Shown here in pieces: positions 21,223-30,751 of a DNA stretch of 64,000 nucleotides. Source of the stretch: Myxococcota bacterium (GTDB taxonomy: Bacteria > Myxococcota_A > UBA9042 > PHBI01 > JAWLBL01); assembly GCA_041687695.1 (NCBI GenBank), contig JAWLBL010000002.1, forward strand, positions 134,761 to 198,760. The letters are read 5' to 3'. The notes beneath the pieces are model-generated. The model was not told where the DNA came from and did not search any database. It saw only the letters and a program-made list of their open reading frames with translations. The stretch's first letter is position 1. Each line of letters opens with the position of its first letter. Made by a program: the position numbers and the translations under genes.

Positions 21223-22452
21223 TCACCGCCCGAAGGCGACGCGGAGCTGCGCAGGGTCGGCGCCCGGCACGCGCGTGGCGAGCCAGTCCAGGTCGAGGTC
21301 CTCGCCCATGGCGCGGGCGCGGCGGGCCCAGGCGTCGGACAGGGCGCGCAGGCCCTCGGTGTTGGCGTCCGTGGTGCTGGCCTCGGCGCTCATGAAGGGC
21401 AGGCTGACGAAGGCGATGACCAGCACGCAGGCCAGACGGTAGTCCTCGGCGAGGGCCTCGCGCGTGTAGCCGGTGACGCCACCGGCCACCAGTCCGGCGT
21501 GGTAGCGGTCGAGCAGCGCGTCGGCGTGGGCGCGGCGGACCTCGGGCTCGAGGCTGAGGACGGCGAAGTAGGCGACGTCGAAGGCCGCCTTGCCCTTGCG
21601 CGCCGCCTGCCAGTCGATGAAGGCGAAGCGGCCCTCGGGCGCGCCGGGGAAGAGCATGTTGCCGACGCGCGCGTCGCCGTGGAGGACCGTGACGGGGGCC
21701 TCGCCGTCGTGGCGCCAGACGTGACGGAGGACCGGCGCCAGGGCCGCGCGCCGGTCCTTGGGGATGAGGGTCGCGAACCAGTCGATGACCGGCGGCGGGA
21801 CGGTGCTCAAGAAGGAGGCGCGCGGGTCGTCGCCGCCCCAGTAGGTCGCGTGCAGGGCGGCGAAGGCGTCCATGGCCTGCTCGGCCAGGGGAAGCGGGCA
21901 GCCGACGGCCTCGGAGACCTCCTGGGCGCCGTCCAGGCGCTCCATCAGGACGCAGAAGTTGCCGGAGCTCTTGTGGGCGGCGGCGAAGTAGGGGCGCGGG
22001 GCGGCGACGGCGGGGTCGTCGGCCAGGCGGGCGTAGACGCCGACCTCCTTGAGGTGGTTCTCCTGGGCGATGTAGACGGCGTGGTCGCGCAGGCTGGTCG
22101 CGCGCGGGGCGAACTTGGCCAGCAGCGCGGTGGCGCCCTGCTGGTCGCCCGAGCGCCACCGCACGTCGACGCGGGCGACGCGCGAGCGGAAGGCCTCGCC
22201 GCTCTTGAAGTCGTGCACGTCGCAGGCGACCAGGCGGGCGTCGGCGGGGACGGCGCCGGCGCGGCGGAGCGCGGCGAGGGCCCACTCGGGGTCGCGGCGC
22301 AGGGCCTCGGGGTCGCGCGGGAACGGCAGCCTGGGCTTGAGGGCGCGGTCGAGCCAGGCGACGACCATCAACAGGGCCAACGAGGCGCGGACGATGGCGC
22401 CGAAGACCAGGGTGCGGGCGCGCGAGGGGGGAGGCGGGGGGGCGACGGCCAT
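21223..22452 (-). CDS. APH/EcKinase-like phosphotransferase with N-terminal TM
   Basis: KEV.VY, VLMERL, LHGDARVGNMLF, FIDWQ, DVAYF. Confidence 0.85.
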   Translation of the reverse strand: MAVAPPPPPSRARTLVFGAIVRASLALLMVVAWLDRALKPRLPFPRDPEALRRDPEWALAALRRAGAVPADARLVACDVHDFKSGEAFRSRVARVDVRWRSGDQQGATALLAKFAPRATSLRDHAVYIAQENHLKEVGVYARLADDPAVAAPRPYFAAAHKSSGNFCVLMERLDGAQEVSEAVGCPLPLAEQAMDAFAALHATYWGGDDPRASFLSTVPPPVIDWFATLIPKDRRAALAPVLRHVWRHDGEAPVTVLHGDARVGNMLFPGAPEGRFAFIDWQAARKGKAAFDVAYFAVLSLEPEVRRAHADALLDRYHAGLVAGGVTGYTREALAEDYRLACVLVIAFVSLPFMSAEASTTDANTEGLRALSDAWARRARAMGEDLDLDWLATRVPGADPAQLRVAFGR

Positions 22453-22640
22453 GGAGGTGATGGTCCCACGGGGCGCGGCGGCCGTCGACGGCAATCGAGG
22501 GGATCCGGCGGCGAAGGTCGGCTTGGGCGCCATTTTCGGATTGTGTTCGCCATCGCGAACCCGTAGCTTCGCCGGCTTTCCACAGCACATGATCGAGGCC
22601 ACACGCCGGGCGGACGCCCGCGGGCCCGAGGGAGAGGACG

Positions 22641-24188
22641 ATGCGACGGCTGCAGGGGGCGGCGATCCACGGGATCGCGATGTTGGGACTGGTGGTGATG
22701 GGCTGCGACGACGCCGGCGGGGGCAGTGGCACGCCGGGGCCGACGCCGGACGCGTCGACCGAGGTCGACACGACGACCGGTGACGATGTGGCCGGCGACG
22801 ACACGACGACCGGCGACGACACGACGACCGGCGACACGACGACGCCGGACGCGACGACGCCCGACGCGACGACGCCCGACGCCGTCAGCGACGCGGTCGA
22901 GGACACCACGACCCCGCCGGACACCCAGGGGGCGGACACCACCACGCCCGACGCGACGCACGACGGGGGCGGCGACGCTGTGACCTTCCCCGAGGGCGTC
23001 AACTCGCCGTGCCAGACCTCGACCGCGCCGGGCTCGTCGAACGCGGCCATCACGGCTTGCACCTGCGGCGAGGACGCCTACTGCTGCACCAACGAGTGGG
23101 ACTCGTACTGCGTCGAGGAGGCCCAGGCCAGCTGCGGGCTCGTCTGCGACTGCACCGACGCCGCCGGCGTCGACTGCGCGGTGGACGCGGACTGCGGCTT
23201 CTGCACCGAGTCGGCCTGCGACGCGACCTACGCGTGCGTCGAGGGCAAGTGCCAGGTGTCGGCGCCCGGGCTGACCTGCGACGCCACGAACGACACCGAG
23301 TGCGCCAAGAACGTGTGCGTGCCCGAGCTGGACGCCTGCGAGATCGTGCCGAACGACGCGCTGTGCGCCGACGACGGTGACGTCTGCACGGCGAACATCT
23401 GCACGGCCGAGGGCACGTGCGGGGTCGAGCCGGTCGCGGAGTGCGGGACGACCCACCCGTGCACGCCGGCCGCCGGGCCGCTGACCAAGGACGCCGACGT
23501 GAACGCGTGCATCTGCGCGATCGACGACTATTGCTGCGAGACGGCCTACGACTCGATCTGCGTCGAGCAGGCGCAGGACGAGTGCGGCGTCGTCTGCGAC
23601 TGCACCCAGCTGACGGGCGAGGACATCGCCTGCGAGACCGATGCGGACTGCGCCTTCTGCGACGACGGCAACGCCTGCAACGGCGCGTGGGCCTGTGACA
23701 CCGAGGCGAGCACTTGCGTGCAGACCGAGGCGGTCGTGTGCGAGCCGCTCGAGGACAGCGAGTGCCTGGTCAACACCTGCAACCCCGCCTCCGGCGCCTG
23801 CGAGCCGGTCCCGACCCCGTCGGCCTGCGACGACGAGACGGCCTGCACCGTGGACGCCTGCGACGCCGAGACCGGCGCCTGCTCGCACACGCCGATCGAG
23901 GGCTGCGAGGGCGAGCCCACCTTCGAGTGCCTGGGCCCGAACCAGCCGTCGGCCGAGGGCTGCGTCCTGGACATGGCCACCGAGTTCGAGGGCTGCTGCG
24001 ACATGTTCGGCCGCGTGGTCTGGTGCGAGGACGGCTTCACCTTCTGCATCGACTGCATCAACATCAACCCGATGTGCGGCTGGTCGGGCGAGGGCTACTA
24101 CGACTGCGGCAGCGACGGCGCCGCCGAGCCCACGGGCGAGATCCCGAAGGCCTGCGTGCTGGCCGAGCCGGTGACGCCCGCCGAGTAG
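22641..24188 (+). CDS. Cys-rich lipoprotein with Asp/Thr-rich stalk
   Basis: VMGC lipobox; GDDTTT/PDATT repeats; duplicated D.YCC...(W/Y)DS.CVE.AQ..CG.VCDCT module; CDD...CT.D.C repeats. Confidence 0.85.
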   Translation: MRRLQGAAIHGIAMLGLVVMGCDDAGGGSGTPGPTPDASTEVDTTTGDDVAGDDTTTGDDTTTGDTTTPDATTPDATTPDAVSDAVEDTTTPPDTQGADTTTPDATHDGGGDAVTFPEGVNSPCQTSTAPGSSNAAITACTCGEDAYCCTNEWDSYCVEEAQASCGLVCDCTDAAGVDCAVDADCGFCTESACDATYACVEGKCQVSAPGLTCDATNDTECAKNVCVPELDACEIVPNDALCADDGDVCTANICTAEGTCGVEPVAECGTTHPCTPAAGPLTKDADVNACICAIDDYCCETAYDSICVEQAQDECGVVCDCTQLTGEDIACETDADCAFCDDGNACNGAWACDTEASTCVQTEAVVCEPLEDSECLVNTCNPASGACEPVPTPSACDDETACTVDACDAETGACSHTPIEGCEGEPTFECLGPNQPSAEGCVLDMATEFEGCCDMFGRVVWCEDGFTFCIDCININPMCGWSGEGYYDCGSDGAAEPTGEIPKACVLAEPVTPAE

Positions 24189-24214
24189 GCGCGGCGCACG
24201 CCCAGGCGTGAACG

Positions 24215-24265
24215 AGGGCCGGCAGGGCGCGCGACGATGGCGCGGCCTGCCGGCCCTTCGTGTTT
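24215..24265. terminator. Probable intrinsic terminator between convergent genes
   Basis: Perfect 12-bp inverted repeat agggccggcagg (24215-24226) / cctgccggccct (24246-24257) followed by tcgtgttt. Confidence 0.65.
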
Positions 24266-24291
24266 GACGGCGGGACGGGGCGCGGCGCGGC

Positions 24292-24909
24292 TCAGGGCTT
24301 GCGGGCGATGAGGCGGACGACGTTCGCGGGGCCGCGGTGGCCCGGGCCTTCGTCGAGGACCACCTCGCAGGCCTCGAGGTGCTCGAGGTCGAAGCCGGCG
24401 AAGTCGGCGCGCAGGCGCTCCTCGGTGAAGAGCAGGTCGACGTCGCGGGGGCCGCCGCTGGTGCGGCCGAGGAGGCGCTGCTCGGGCGAGAAGGCCTCGA
24501 GCAGGACGACGCCGCCGGGGCGCAGGAGGTCGCGCGCGCGTTGGTGGATGGCCTCGCGCTCGCCGGGTGGCGCGTGCAGGTAGACCAGCACGACCCCGTC
24601 GAACGGCACCTCGGCGGTGAAGTCCTGGGCGCGGGCCTGCACGGCGTGGACGTGCACGCCGCGGGCGGTCGCGAGGCGATGGAGCTTGGTGAGGCCGACC
24701 GTCGACGGCTCGACGGCGGTGACGTCGAAGCCTTGCTCGGCGAGCCAGACGGCGTTGCGGCCCTCGCCCTCGCCCAGGCTGGCGACGCGCGCGCCCGGCG
24801 GGAAGGTCGCGCGGGCGCGCTCGGCGAGGAAGGCGTTGGGGACGGTGCCGTAGAAGTGCTCGTCGCCGGCGAACTTCTCGTCCCAGTTGGGGCCGGTGGG
24901 CTTGGTCAT
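24292..24909 (-). CDS. Class I SAM-dependent methyltransferase (TehB-like)
   Basis: WDEKF....YG..PNAFL, LGEGEGRNAVWLA, LRPGGVVLLEAF. Confidence 0.92.
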   Translation of the reverse strand: MTKPTGPNWDEKFAGDEHFYGTVPNAFLAERARATFPPGARVASLGEGEGRNAVWLAEQGFDVTAVEPSTVGLTKLHRLATARGVHVHAVQARAQDFTAEVPFDGVVLVYLHAPPGEREAIHQRARDLLRPGGVVLLEAFSPEQRLLGRTSGGPRDVDLLFTEERLRADFAGFDLEHLEACEVVLDEGPGHRGPANVVRLIARKP

Positions 24910-24937
24910 GGGGGATCTCCTGGGCGGGGTGCCGCGG

Positions 24938-26179
24938 TCAGAGGTCGGAGCCTTGGATGAAGCGCTTGAAGCGCAGGACCTGCTTGAACTCGGGGCGGAT
25001 GGCGATGGCGCGGTCGCAGTCGCGGATGGCCCCCGGGATGTTGCCGAGGTCGTACAGGGTCAGGGCGCGGGCGTAGAGCGTGTCGGGCCACATGGGGTCG
25101 AGCTCGAGCGAGCGGTCGAGGTCCCCCATGGCCTCGTCGAGGCGGCCGGCCATCCGGCGGGCGATGCCGCGGTTGGTGTAGGCGCGGGCCTGGTCGGGGG
25201 CCAGCTCGAGGGCGGCCGTGAAGTCCGCCGCGGCCTTGTCGTAGTCCGACAGGGCGATGTAGGCGAGGCCGCGGTGGTTGTAGACGGCGTAGGTGGGGCG
25301 GACGGCGAGCACGGACGAGTACAGGGCGACGGCTTCGGCGACGGCGCCGTCGACGTGGGCCTGCAGCGCCCGCACCAGCAGGCCGGACAGGTGGGCGTCG
25401 GGGGCGTCGGGGGCGAGGCGCGGCTCGGGGAGCGCGGCGGAGGTCGGCGTCGGGGTGGGGTGGGCCGGGCGGCGCGCCAGGGTCTCGGGGAGGGTCGAGA
25501 CCTTGTCCATGAGGTCCTGGTGGCGGCGCTGGAGATCGGCGAAGCGTTGGCGCTGGAAGTTGCGCAGCTCCTGGAAGATGGTGTCGGCGAGCGACAGCGT
25601 CGCGTTCAAGGCGAGCAGCTTGCGGCGGATGGTCTGGTCGATCATGTCGACGTCGGCCTTGTAGACCAGCTCGTGCTCGACCTCGGCCCACGCCTCCTGC
25701 AGGGTCGTCCGCAGCTGGACCTCGACGACGCGGAGCCCGACGCCGTGCGCGAGGCGCAGCTCGTCGGGGATCACCATCAGCAGGTGGGTCGAGCTGTAGC
25801 CGAACTCGCCCACCGACAGCAGCTGGCCCTTGTCGTCCGTCTCCTCGATGGCGAAGCGCTCGCGCAGCGCCGCCTCGACGCGCCCGACGTCCTCGAGGAA
25901 GGGCGCGACGACCCGCAGGCCCACCGTGTCGGTCAGGAAGGTGAAGGGGTCCTCGATCTCGGCGGTCCGGCTGCGCTCGAGCAGCTTGTGATACAGGCCC
26001 GGGAAGGTCTTGACGCGGCCCTTGACGGCGACGGGCAGCTGGCGCTCGGACAGCAGCGCGTCGATGTCCTGGACCAGCGCCTGCTGGACCGCGCGGAAGC
26101 CGGCCAGCTGCTCGTGGTAGGCCGCCTCCAGCGCCTCGCGTCGCTGCCACCAGCCGCCGCTCGGGTGCTCGCTGCTCAT
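24938..26179 (-). CDS. RelA/SpoT-domain alarmone synthetase fused to C-terminal TPRs
   Basis: GRVK, DTVGLRVV, GYSSTH, EVQLRTTLQEAWAEVEH.LVYK; about four TPRs (YNHRGLAY, AYTNRGIA, LYARAL). Confidence 0.9.
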   Translation of the reverse strand: MSSEHPSGGWWQRREALEAAYHEQLAGFRAVQQALVQDIDALLSERQLPVAVKGRVKTFPGLYHKLLERSRTAEIEDPFTFLTDTVGLRVVAPFLEDVGRVEAALRERFAIEETDDKGQLLSVGEFGYSSTHLLMVIPDELRLAHGVGLRVVEVQLRTTLQEAWAEVEHELVYKADVDMIDQTIRRKLLALNATLSLADTIFQELRNFQRQRFADLQRRHQDLMDKVSTLPETLARRPAHPTPTPTSAALPEPRLAPDAPDAHLSGLLVRALQAHVDGAVAEAVALYSSVLAVRPTYAVYNHRGLAYIALSDYDKAAADFTAALELAPDQARAYTNRGIARRMAGRLDEAMGDLDRSLELDPMWPDTLYARALTLYDLGNIPGAIRDCDRAIAIRPEFKQVLRFKRFIQGSDL

Positions 26180-26319
26180 CGTCGACTCCCTGGCTCGTCG
26201 GATGGGTGGGGTGACGGTGACGGGTGCGCGCCCGGAGCGCAAGTGACGGCTCCGTGGCGCGTGGCGGGCCGCTCGCAGCTGGGTTAGGGTCGGGGCTCAC
26301 CGAGACCTGGGGGTGGGCG

Positions 26320-27327
26320 ATGCGGAGGCGACGGGGCGGCGTGGCGTTGGCGGCGGGCTTGCTGTTGGCGCTCTCGGGGTGCGACGGCGACGCGGCCGCG
26401 GGCGCGGGCGAGGGCGACGGCGTCGATGACGTCGAGGTGAAGGGCGGCGAGGACGGCGAGGGCGACGGCGCCGGGGAGGTGACGGGGCCCGACGCGCCCG
26501 ATGTCATCGACGAGCCCGAGGTCCCCGGGCCGCCGCCGCTGCCGGTGTATGGCGGCGGGGCGTGCCCCGAGCTGGTCGCGGGGCGGCAGGCCATCAGCTC
26601 GAACGGGGTCGAGCGCTGGGTGAACCTGGCGCTGCCCAGCGCGCCGGAGGGGGCCTCGGTGGCCTTCCTGTGGCACGGGTTCGGCGACTCGGCGGCCAAC
26701 TTCTCGGCCGCGTTCTCGGCCAAGCAGGTGGCGGCGGCCGAGGGGCTGATCGTCGTCACGCCCGAGCCGGCGTTCGAGCCGGGGCCGGCGTTCCCGCCGA
26801 CCTGGGGCCTGCTGGGTGAGCCGGAGCCGGATCTGGCGCTGTTCGACGACGTGCTGGCCTGCCTCGAGGATCAGTGGGACATCGACGAGCGGCGCGTCTA
26901 CACGATGGGCTTCAGCGCGGGCGCCCTGTGGAGCTCGCTGCTGGTCATACAGCGATCGGAGTTCCTGGCGGCGGCCACCCTGTGGAGCGGGGGTGACGAG
27001 GAGGCCGGCCTGGTGTCGGTCGTCTACGAGACGCCGGCGCATCGGACGCCGGTGCTGGCGGCGTGGGGCGGCGCCGACGACATCTGGGGCGGCGGCTTCG
27101 TGGACTTCCGCGCCGGGGCCGCGAGCCTGACGGGCAAGCTGGAGGCCGACGGACACGTCGTCGTGCGTTGCGATCACGGGCTGGGGCACACGGTGCCGTG
27201 GGACGGGCCGGGCTGGGGGTGGGACTTCCTGCTGGCCCACACCTGGGCCGAATCTGACAGCCCGTGGGCGGGCCACGACGGGGCCGGGTTTCCGGACTAC
27301 TGCGAATTTCCCGAAGGATCCCGGTGA
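26320..27327 (+). CDS. Esterase / PHB-depolymerase-like lipoprotein
   Basis: LSGC lipobox; WHG.G, IDERRVYTMGFSAGA, G..D, HGLGH. Confidence 0.85.
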   Translation: MRRRRGGVALAAGLLLALSGCDGDAAAGAGEGDGVDDVEVKGGEDGEGDGAGEVTGPDAPDVIDEPEVPGPPPLPVYGGGACPELVAGRQAISSNGVERWVNLALPSAPEGASVAFLWHGFGDSAANFSAAFSAKQVAAAEGLIVVTPEPAFEPGPAFPPTWGLLGEPEPDLALFDDVLACLEDQWDIDERRVYTMGFSAGALWSSLLVIQRSEFLAAATLWSGGDEEAGLVSVVYETPAHRTPVLAAWGGADDIWGGGFVDFRAGAASLTGKLEADGHVVVRCDHGLGHTVPWDGPGWGWDFLLAHTWAESDSPWAGHDGAGFPDYCEFPEGSR

Positions 27328-27344
27328 CCTGAGTTGGGGTGGGG

Positions 27345-27373
27345 TTGACGCCCCGGGCGGGGTCCACTAAGCC
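27345..27373 (+). promoter_or_regulatory. Possible sigma70-type promoter
   Basis: TTGACG-17 bp-TAAGCC upstream of strong GGAGGAGG RBS; -10 imperfect. Confidence 0.35.
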
Positions 27374-27410
27374 TCGCCGGCACATTTCCCAGCGAGGGAG
27401 GAGGGACACC

Positions 27411-29150
27411 ATGCGTATCCGTCGAATGATCGCCGTCGCGGCCTGCGTCGGCGCCGTCGGCCTGACCGGCTGCAGCACCATGAAGAAGCTGGCGCGGGGC
27501 GGCACGATCACCACCAACGATCTGGTGAACGAGTACGACAAGCACGAGCAGGAAAAGGAGCAGGCGCGGGAGCTGGAGAAGCGCATCGACGGCGAGCTGG
27601 CCGAGATCCAGGCCAAGCGCGAGTCGGGCAACTTCTCGTCGGCCGAGTACCGCGAGCAGAGCCTGCAGCGCATGCTCGAGCAGCTCAAGAAGCTCGACGA
27701 CGAGAGCCCGCAGCTGACCGCGGCGCCCAAGAAGCTCGAGGAGATCAAGAAGACCTACACCAAGGAGGTCTACGAGCGGAAGGCGCTGGCCGAGGAGTGC
27801 TCCAAGGCCATCGAGTCCTCGAAGAAGGCGCGCGCCGAGGACCGCTGGAGCGACGTGGACTACGCGCTCGAGCGCTTCGTGAAGGCGCGGCGCAAGCTCG
27901 TCGACGCCAAGGGCGACCCGGCCGTGGTCAAGCAGCTGGACGCCGGGGCCCTGGGCGAGTGGGAGCTGTTCGCGGCCAACGCCCTGAAGCAGACCAAGGC
28001 CTGGCGCATGGAGCAGAGCTTCTGGAACGCCGTCGGCATGGAGAAGAACCTGGCCAAGAAGGCCGAGGGGCTGGCCGAGGCCGAGCAGAACGCCGCGGGC
28101 AACACCGCCAAGACCGACAAGATCCTGGCGGACATGAAGGCCATCCAGATGGCCCACCGCGACCCCAAGGAGATCGAGGCCGAGCAGGCCAAGGGCGCGT
28201 TCGAGGCGTGGGTGAAGAACGCGACCGAGATCTTCCAAAAGGAGTGGGCGGTCGTCGCGGCGGCCGAGGCGGCGGCGCGGCCGACGTACCAGGCGGGCGT
28301 GGCGGCGCTGGAGGCCGGGGACTACGCCGGCGCGCTGACCAAGCTGCACGAGGCGCGCCAGGCGCTGTTCGAGAAGGCGTGGCCGTCGTCGGTCGCGCTC
28401 GAGGCGGCCGTCAACCAGGGCGACGTCAATAACGGCCTGTCCTACGAGATCGCGGCGGCCATCGCCCGGGTGCACTTCGAGAAGGGCGACACCGCGGCGC
28501 TGTACCCCGAGCTGGCCATCATCAAGGAGGGCCGCAAGTGGGGTACGCCCGAGCAGGAGCTGCAGGTGCGCCTGTACAACATCCTGGCGGACCGCAACGG
28601 GCGCCTCGCCCCGCAGGCGACGGATCTCGTCAAGCGCTACGCCTCGAGCTACTCGAACGAGGCCAAGCCGTGGCGCAACGCCCGTGAGGCCGCCGAGGCC
28701 GCCGAGGGCGAGGCGTACAACATGCTGGGCGTCGCCCTGAAGACCGTCAGCCACCGCCACGCGGCGAGCGAGCCCGACAAGAACGCGGGCGCCGTGGTCT
28801 TCATCGACGAGAAGGTGACGGAGGTCGCGGGCAACAAGCTGCGCTTCGACTTCCGCCAGAGCTACCAGGTCCCGACGAACTGCTGGCGCACGGGCCGCAT
28901 CTCGAGCGTCAACATCTACACGGGCCGCGTGTATTACGAGCAGAAGTGCAACTACAAGACCGTCAAGGAGGGCTACTTCCTGGTGGTCGACAAGCCCAAG
29001 GGCGCGACGGTCAAGAAGGGCGACAAGGTCTCGTTCTACGCGACCGTCGGCAAGAAGACCGGGTCCAACCTGAACCTCGACAACGCCGGCTTCATCCGCG
29101 TGGCGCCCGAGGGCAAGACGACCTGGTTCCTGGGTGTGAAGGTCAAGTAG
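27411..29150 (+). CDS. Lys/Glu-rich helical lipoprotein with C-terminal OB-like domain
   Basis: LTGC lipobox; GGAGGAGG RBS; coiled coil/TPR-like helices; C-terminal C..TGRI....TGRVYYEQKC insert. Confidence 0.85.
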   Translation: MRIRRMIAVAACVGAVGLTGCSTMKKLARGGTITTNDLVNEYDKHEQEKEQARELEKRIDGELAEIQAKRESGNFSSAEYREQSLQRMLEQLKKLDDESPQLTAAPKKLEEIKKTYTKEVYERKALAEECSKAIESSKKARAEDRWSDVDYALERFVKARRKLVDAKGDPAVVKQLDAGALGEWELFAANALKQTKAWRMEQSFWNAVGMEKNLAKKAEGLAEAEQNAAGNTAKTDKILADMKAIQMAHRDPKEIEAEQAKGAFEAWVKNATEIFQKEWAVVAAAEAAARPTYQAGVAALEAGDYAGALTKLHEARQALFEKAWPSSVALEAAVNQGDVNNGLSYEIAAAIARVHFEKGDTAALYPELAIIKEGRKWGTPEQELQVRLYNILADRNGRLAPQATDLVKRYASSYSNEAKPWRNAREAAEAAEGEAYNMLGVALKTVSHRHAASEPDKNAGAVVFIDEKVTEVAGNKLRFDFRQSYQVPTNCWRTGRISSVNIYTGRVYYEQKCNYKTVKEGYFLVVDKPKGATVKKGDKVSFYATVGKKTGSNLNLDNAGFIRVAPEGKTTWFLGVKVK

Positions 29151-30288
29151 TAGTGGCGTCAGAGAGGTCCGGGCAGCTCGCGGCGGCGTCGAAGGCGCTC
29201 AGGATGGCGAGCAGGGTCCGGACCTCTCGCGCGAGCAGGGGGGCCTTGCGGGCGTAACCCGCGAGGCCCGCCTGGCCCGTGTGGGCGTATAGGCCGGTGA
29301 CGAGGGCGCGCGCGCGGGCGGCCGGGGGGAGCGCGGCGGCCAGGGCGGCGGCGTGCGTCACGGGGATGACGTCGTCCTCGGCGCCGTGGACGACCCAGGT
29401 CGGGGTGGCGACGCGGGGCAGGAGGGGGCGCGGGTCGAGCCAGGCGTGGCGGGCGTCGGAGGCGTCGAGGGCGCCGAGGGCCCAGTCGAGGGCGCCGGGG
29501 GCGCAGCCGCAGCCGCGCAGGAAGGGGTCGCGCAGGGCGGCGGGGAGCGCGGCGGCGAGGTCGGCGGCGACGGCGGCGTGGCGGTCGGGGTGCTTGAGCT
29601 CGGGGCGGCCCCAGGTGCGGTGGACGTAGCGGGTCCAGGCGGCGGCGAGCGTGGGCTGGTCGGCGGCGGGGAGGCCGAGGCGGTCGAGCAGGTTGAGGAA
29701 GATGACCGGCTGGTTGAGCGGGTCGCGGGGCAGGTCCGGGGCGCCGGGGGCGAGGCCGGTGAGGCTGAAGCGCATGGCGTCGCGCCAGTCGAGGTAGCCG
29801 CCGAAGAGGACGAGGCCGCCGAGGTGGGGGCCGAGGGTGGGGGAGGCGGCGAGATCGAGGGCGACGCGGGAGCCGAAGGAGATGGAGACGACGCCGGGGC
29901 GGAGGCCGGCGGGGCGGTCGGGGGCGGCGAGGAGGGCGGTCAGGGCGCGGGCGGCGTCGTGCAGCAGGGTGGGGGCGAGGCGCAGGGCGAGGAAGTCGGG
30001 CAGGTAGGGCGCCCAGACCTGCAGGCCGGCGGCGGCGAGGACGCGGGCGAAGCGGGCCATGCGGGGGTCGGCGGGGCCGAGGAAGTGCAGGCCCGGGATG
30101 AGCAGGAGGAGGCCGGTGGGGCGGGCGTCTCGGGGCTGGAAGACGTCGACGCGGAGGGGGCGGTCGTCGGGGCGGGTCGGCGGGAGGTGGCGCGCGTCGA
30201 CGCGGACGGCGGCGGGGGCGCGGGTGTCCGGGGTCCAGGGGCCGAGCCAGCGGGCGAGGGTGGCGAGGCGGCGGGCGCGGGTGAGCAT
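29143..30288 (-). CDS. Alpha/beta-hydrolase fold protein
   Basis: LLIPGLH, ISFGS elbow, VVHGAEDDVIP, terminal YAHT. Confidence 0.75.
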   Translation of the reverse strand: MLTRARRLATLARWLGPWTPDTRAPAAVRVDARHLPPTRPDDRPLRVDVFQPRDARPTGLLLLIPGLHFLGPADPRMARFARVLAAAGLQVWAPYLPDFLALRLAPTLLHDAARALTALLAAPDRPAGLRPGVVSISFGSRVALDLAASPTLGPHLGGLVLFGGYLDWRDAMRFSLTGLAPGAPDLPRDPLNQPVIFLNLLDRLGLPAADQPTLAAAWTRYVHRTWGRPELKHPDRHAAVAADLAAALPAALRDPFLRGCGCAPGALDWALGALDASDARHAWLDPRPLLPRVATPTWVVHGAEDDVIPVTHAAALAAALPPAARARALVTGLYAHTGQAGLAGYARKAPLLAREVRTLLAILSAFDAAASCPDLSDATTT

Positions 30289-30326
30289 GGGGCGAGCGTG
30301 GGTGAGGGGGGGGCGTGGGCGCGATC

Positions 30327-30740
30327 TCAGTCGCGCGAGGGGAGGCGCCAGAGCCAGACGATGACGGACAGGCCGATGGCGACGAGCAGGAGCTTGACGG
30401 AGAGCAGGGGGACGACGAAGGCGGCCGAGGAGCCGACGGAGAGGGCGATGAGGGCGATGGCGAAGCGTTTGGCGCGGCGCGGGACGGTGCGGGTGGCGCG
30501 CCACTCGGCGACGAGGGGGCCGATGGCCGGGCGGGTGAGGACCCAGGTGTAAAGGCGCGGCGAGGAGCGGAAGAAGCAGGCGGCGGCGACGATCATGAAG
30601 GGCGTGGTCGGCAGGACGGGGAGCACCACGCCGGCCAGGCCGAGGCCGGTCGCCAGGATCCCGAGCGTCAGCCAGAGCAGGCGCCACGCGAGCGGCGTGG
30701 CGGCGGCGCGGAGGGCGGCGTCTTCGGGGCGGTCGGACAT
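30327..30740 (-). CDS. ybaN: YbaN (DUF454) family membrane protein
   Basis: GVVLPVLPTTPF..AAACF.RSSPRL..W signature. Confidence 0.92.
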   Translation of the reverse strand: MSDRPEDAALRAAATPLAWRLLWLTLGILATGLGLAGVVLPVLPTTPFMIVAAACFFRSSPRLYTWVLTRPAIGPLVAEWRATRTVPRRAKRFAIALIALSVGSSAAFVVPLLSVKLLLVAIGLSVIVWLWRLPSRD

Positions 30741-30751
30741 GGCCACTCGGG

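Noticed and set aside
17870..23062. Single 1730-aa protein
   Set aside because: The upstream 686 codons are an off-frame read-through of the phosphotransferase and antisense to the Cys-rich gene; the real start with RBS and lipobox is at 21004.
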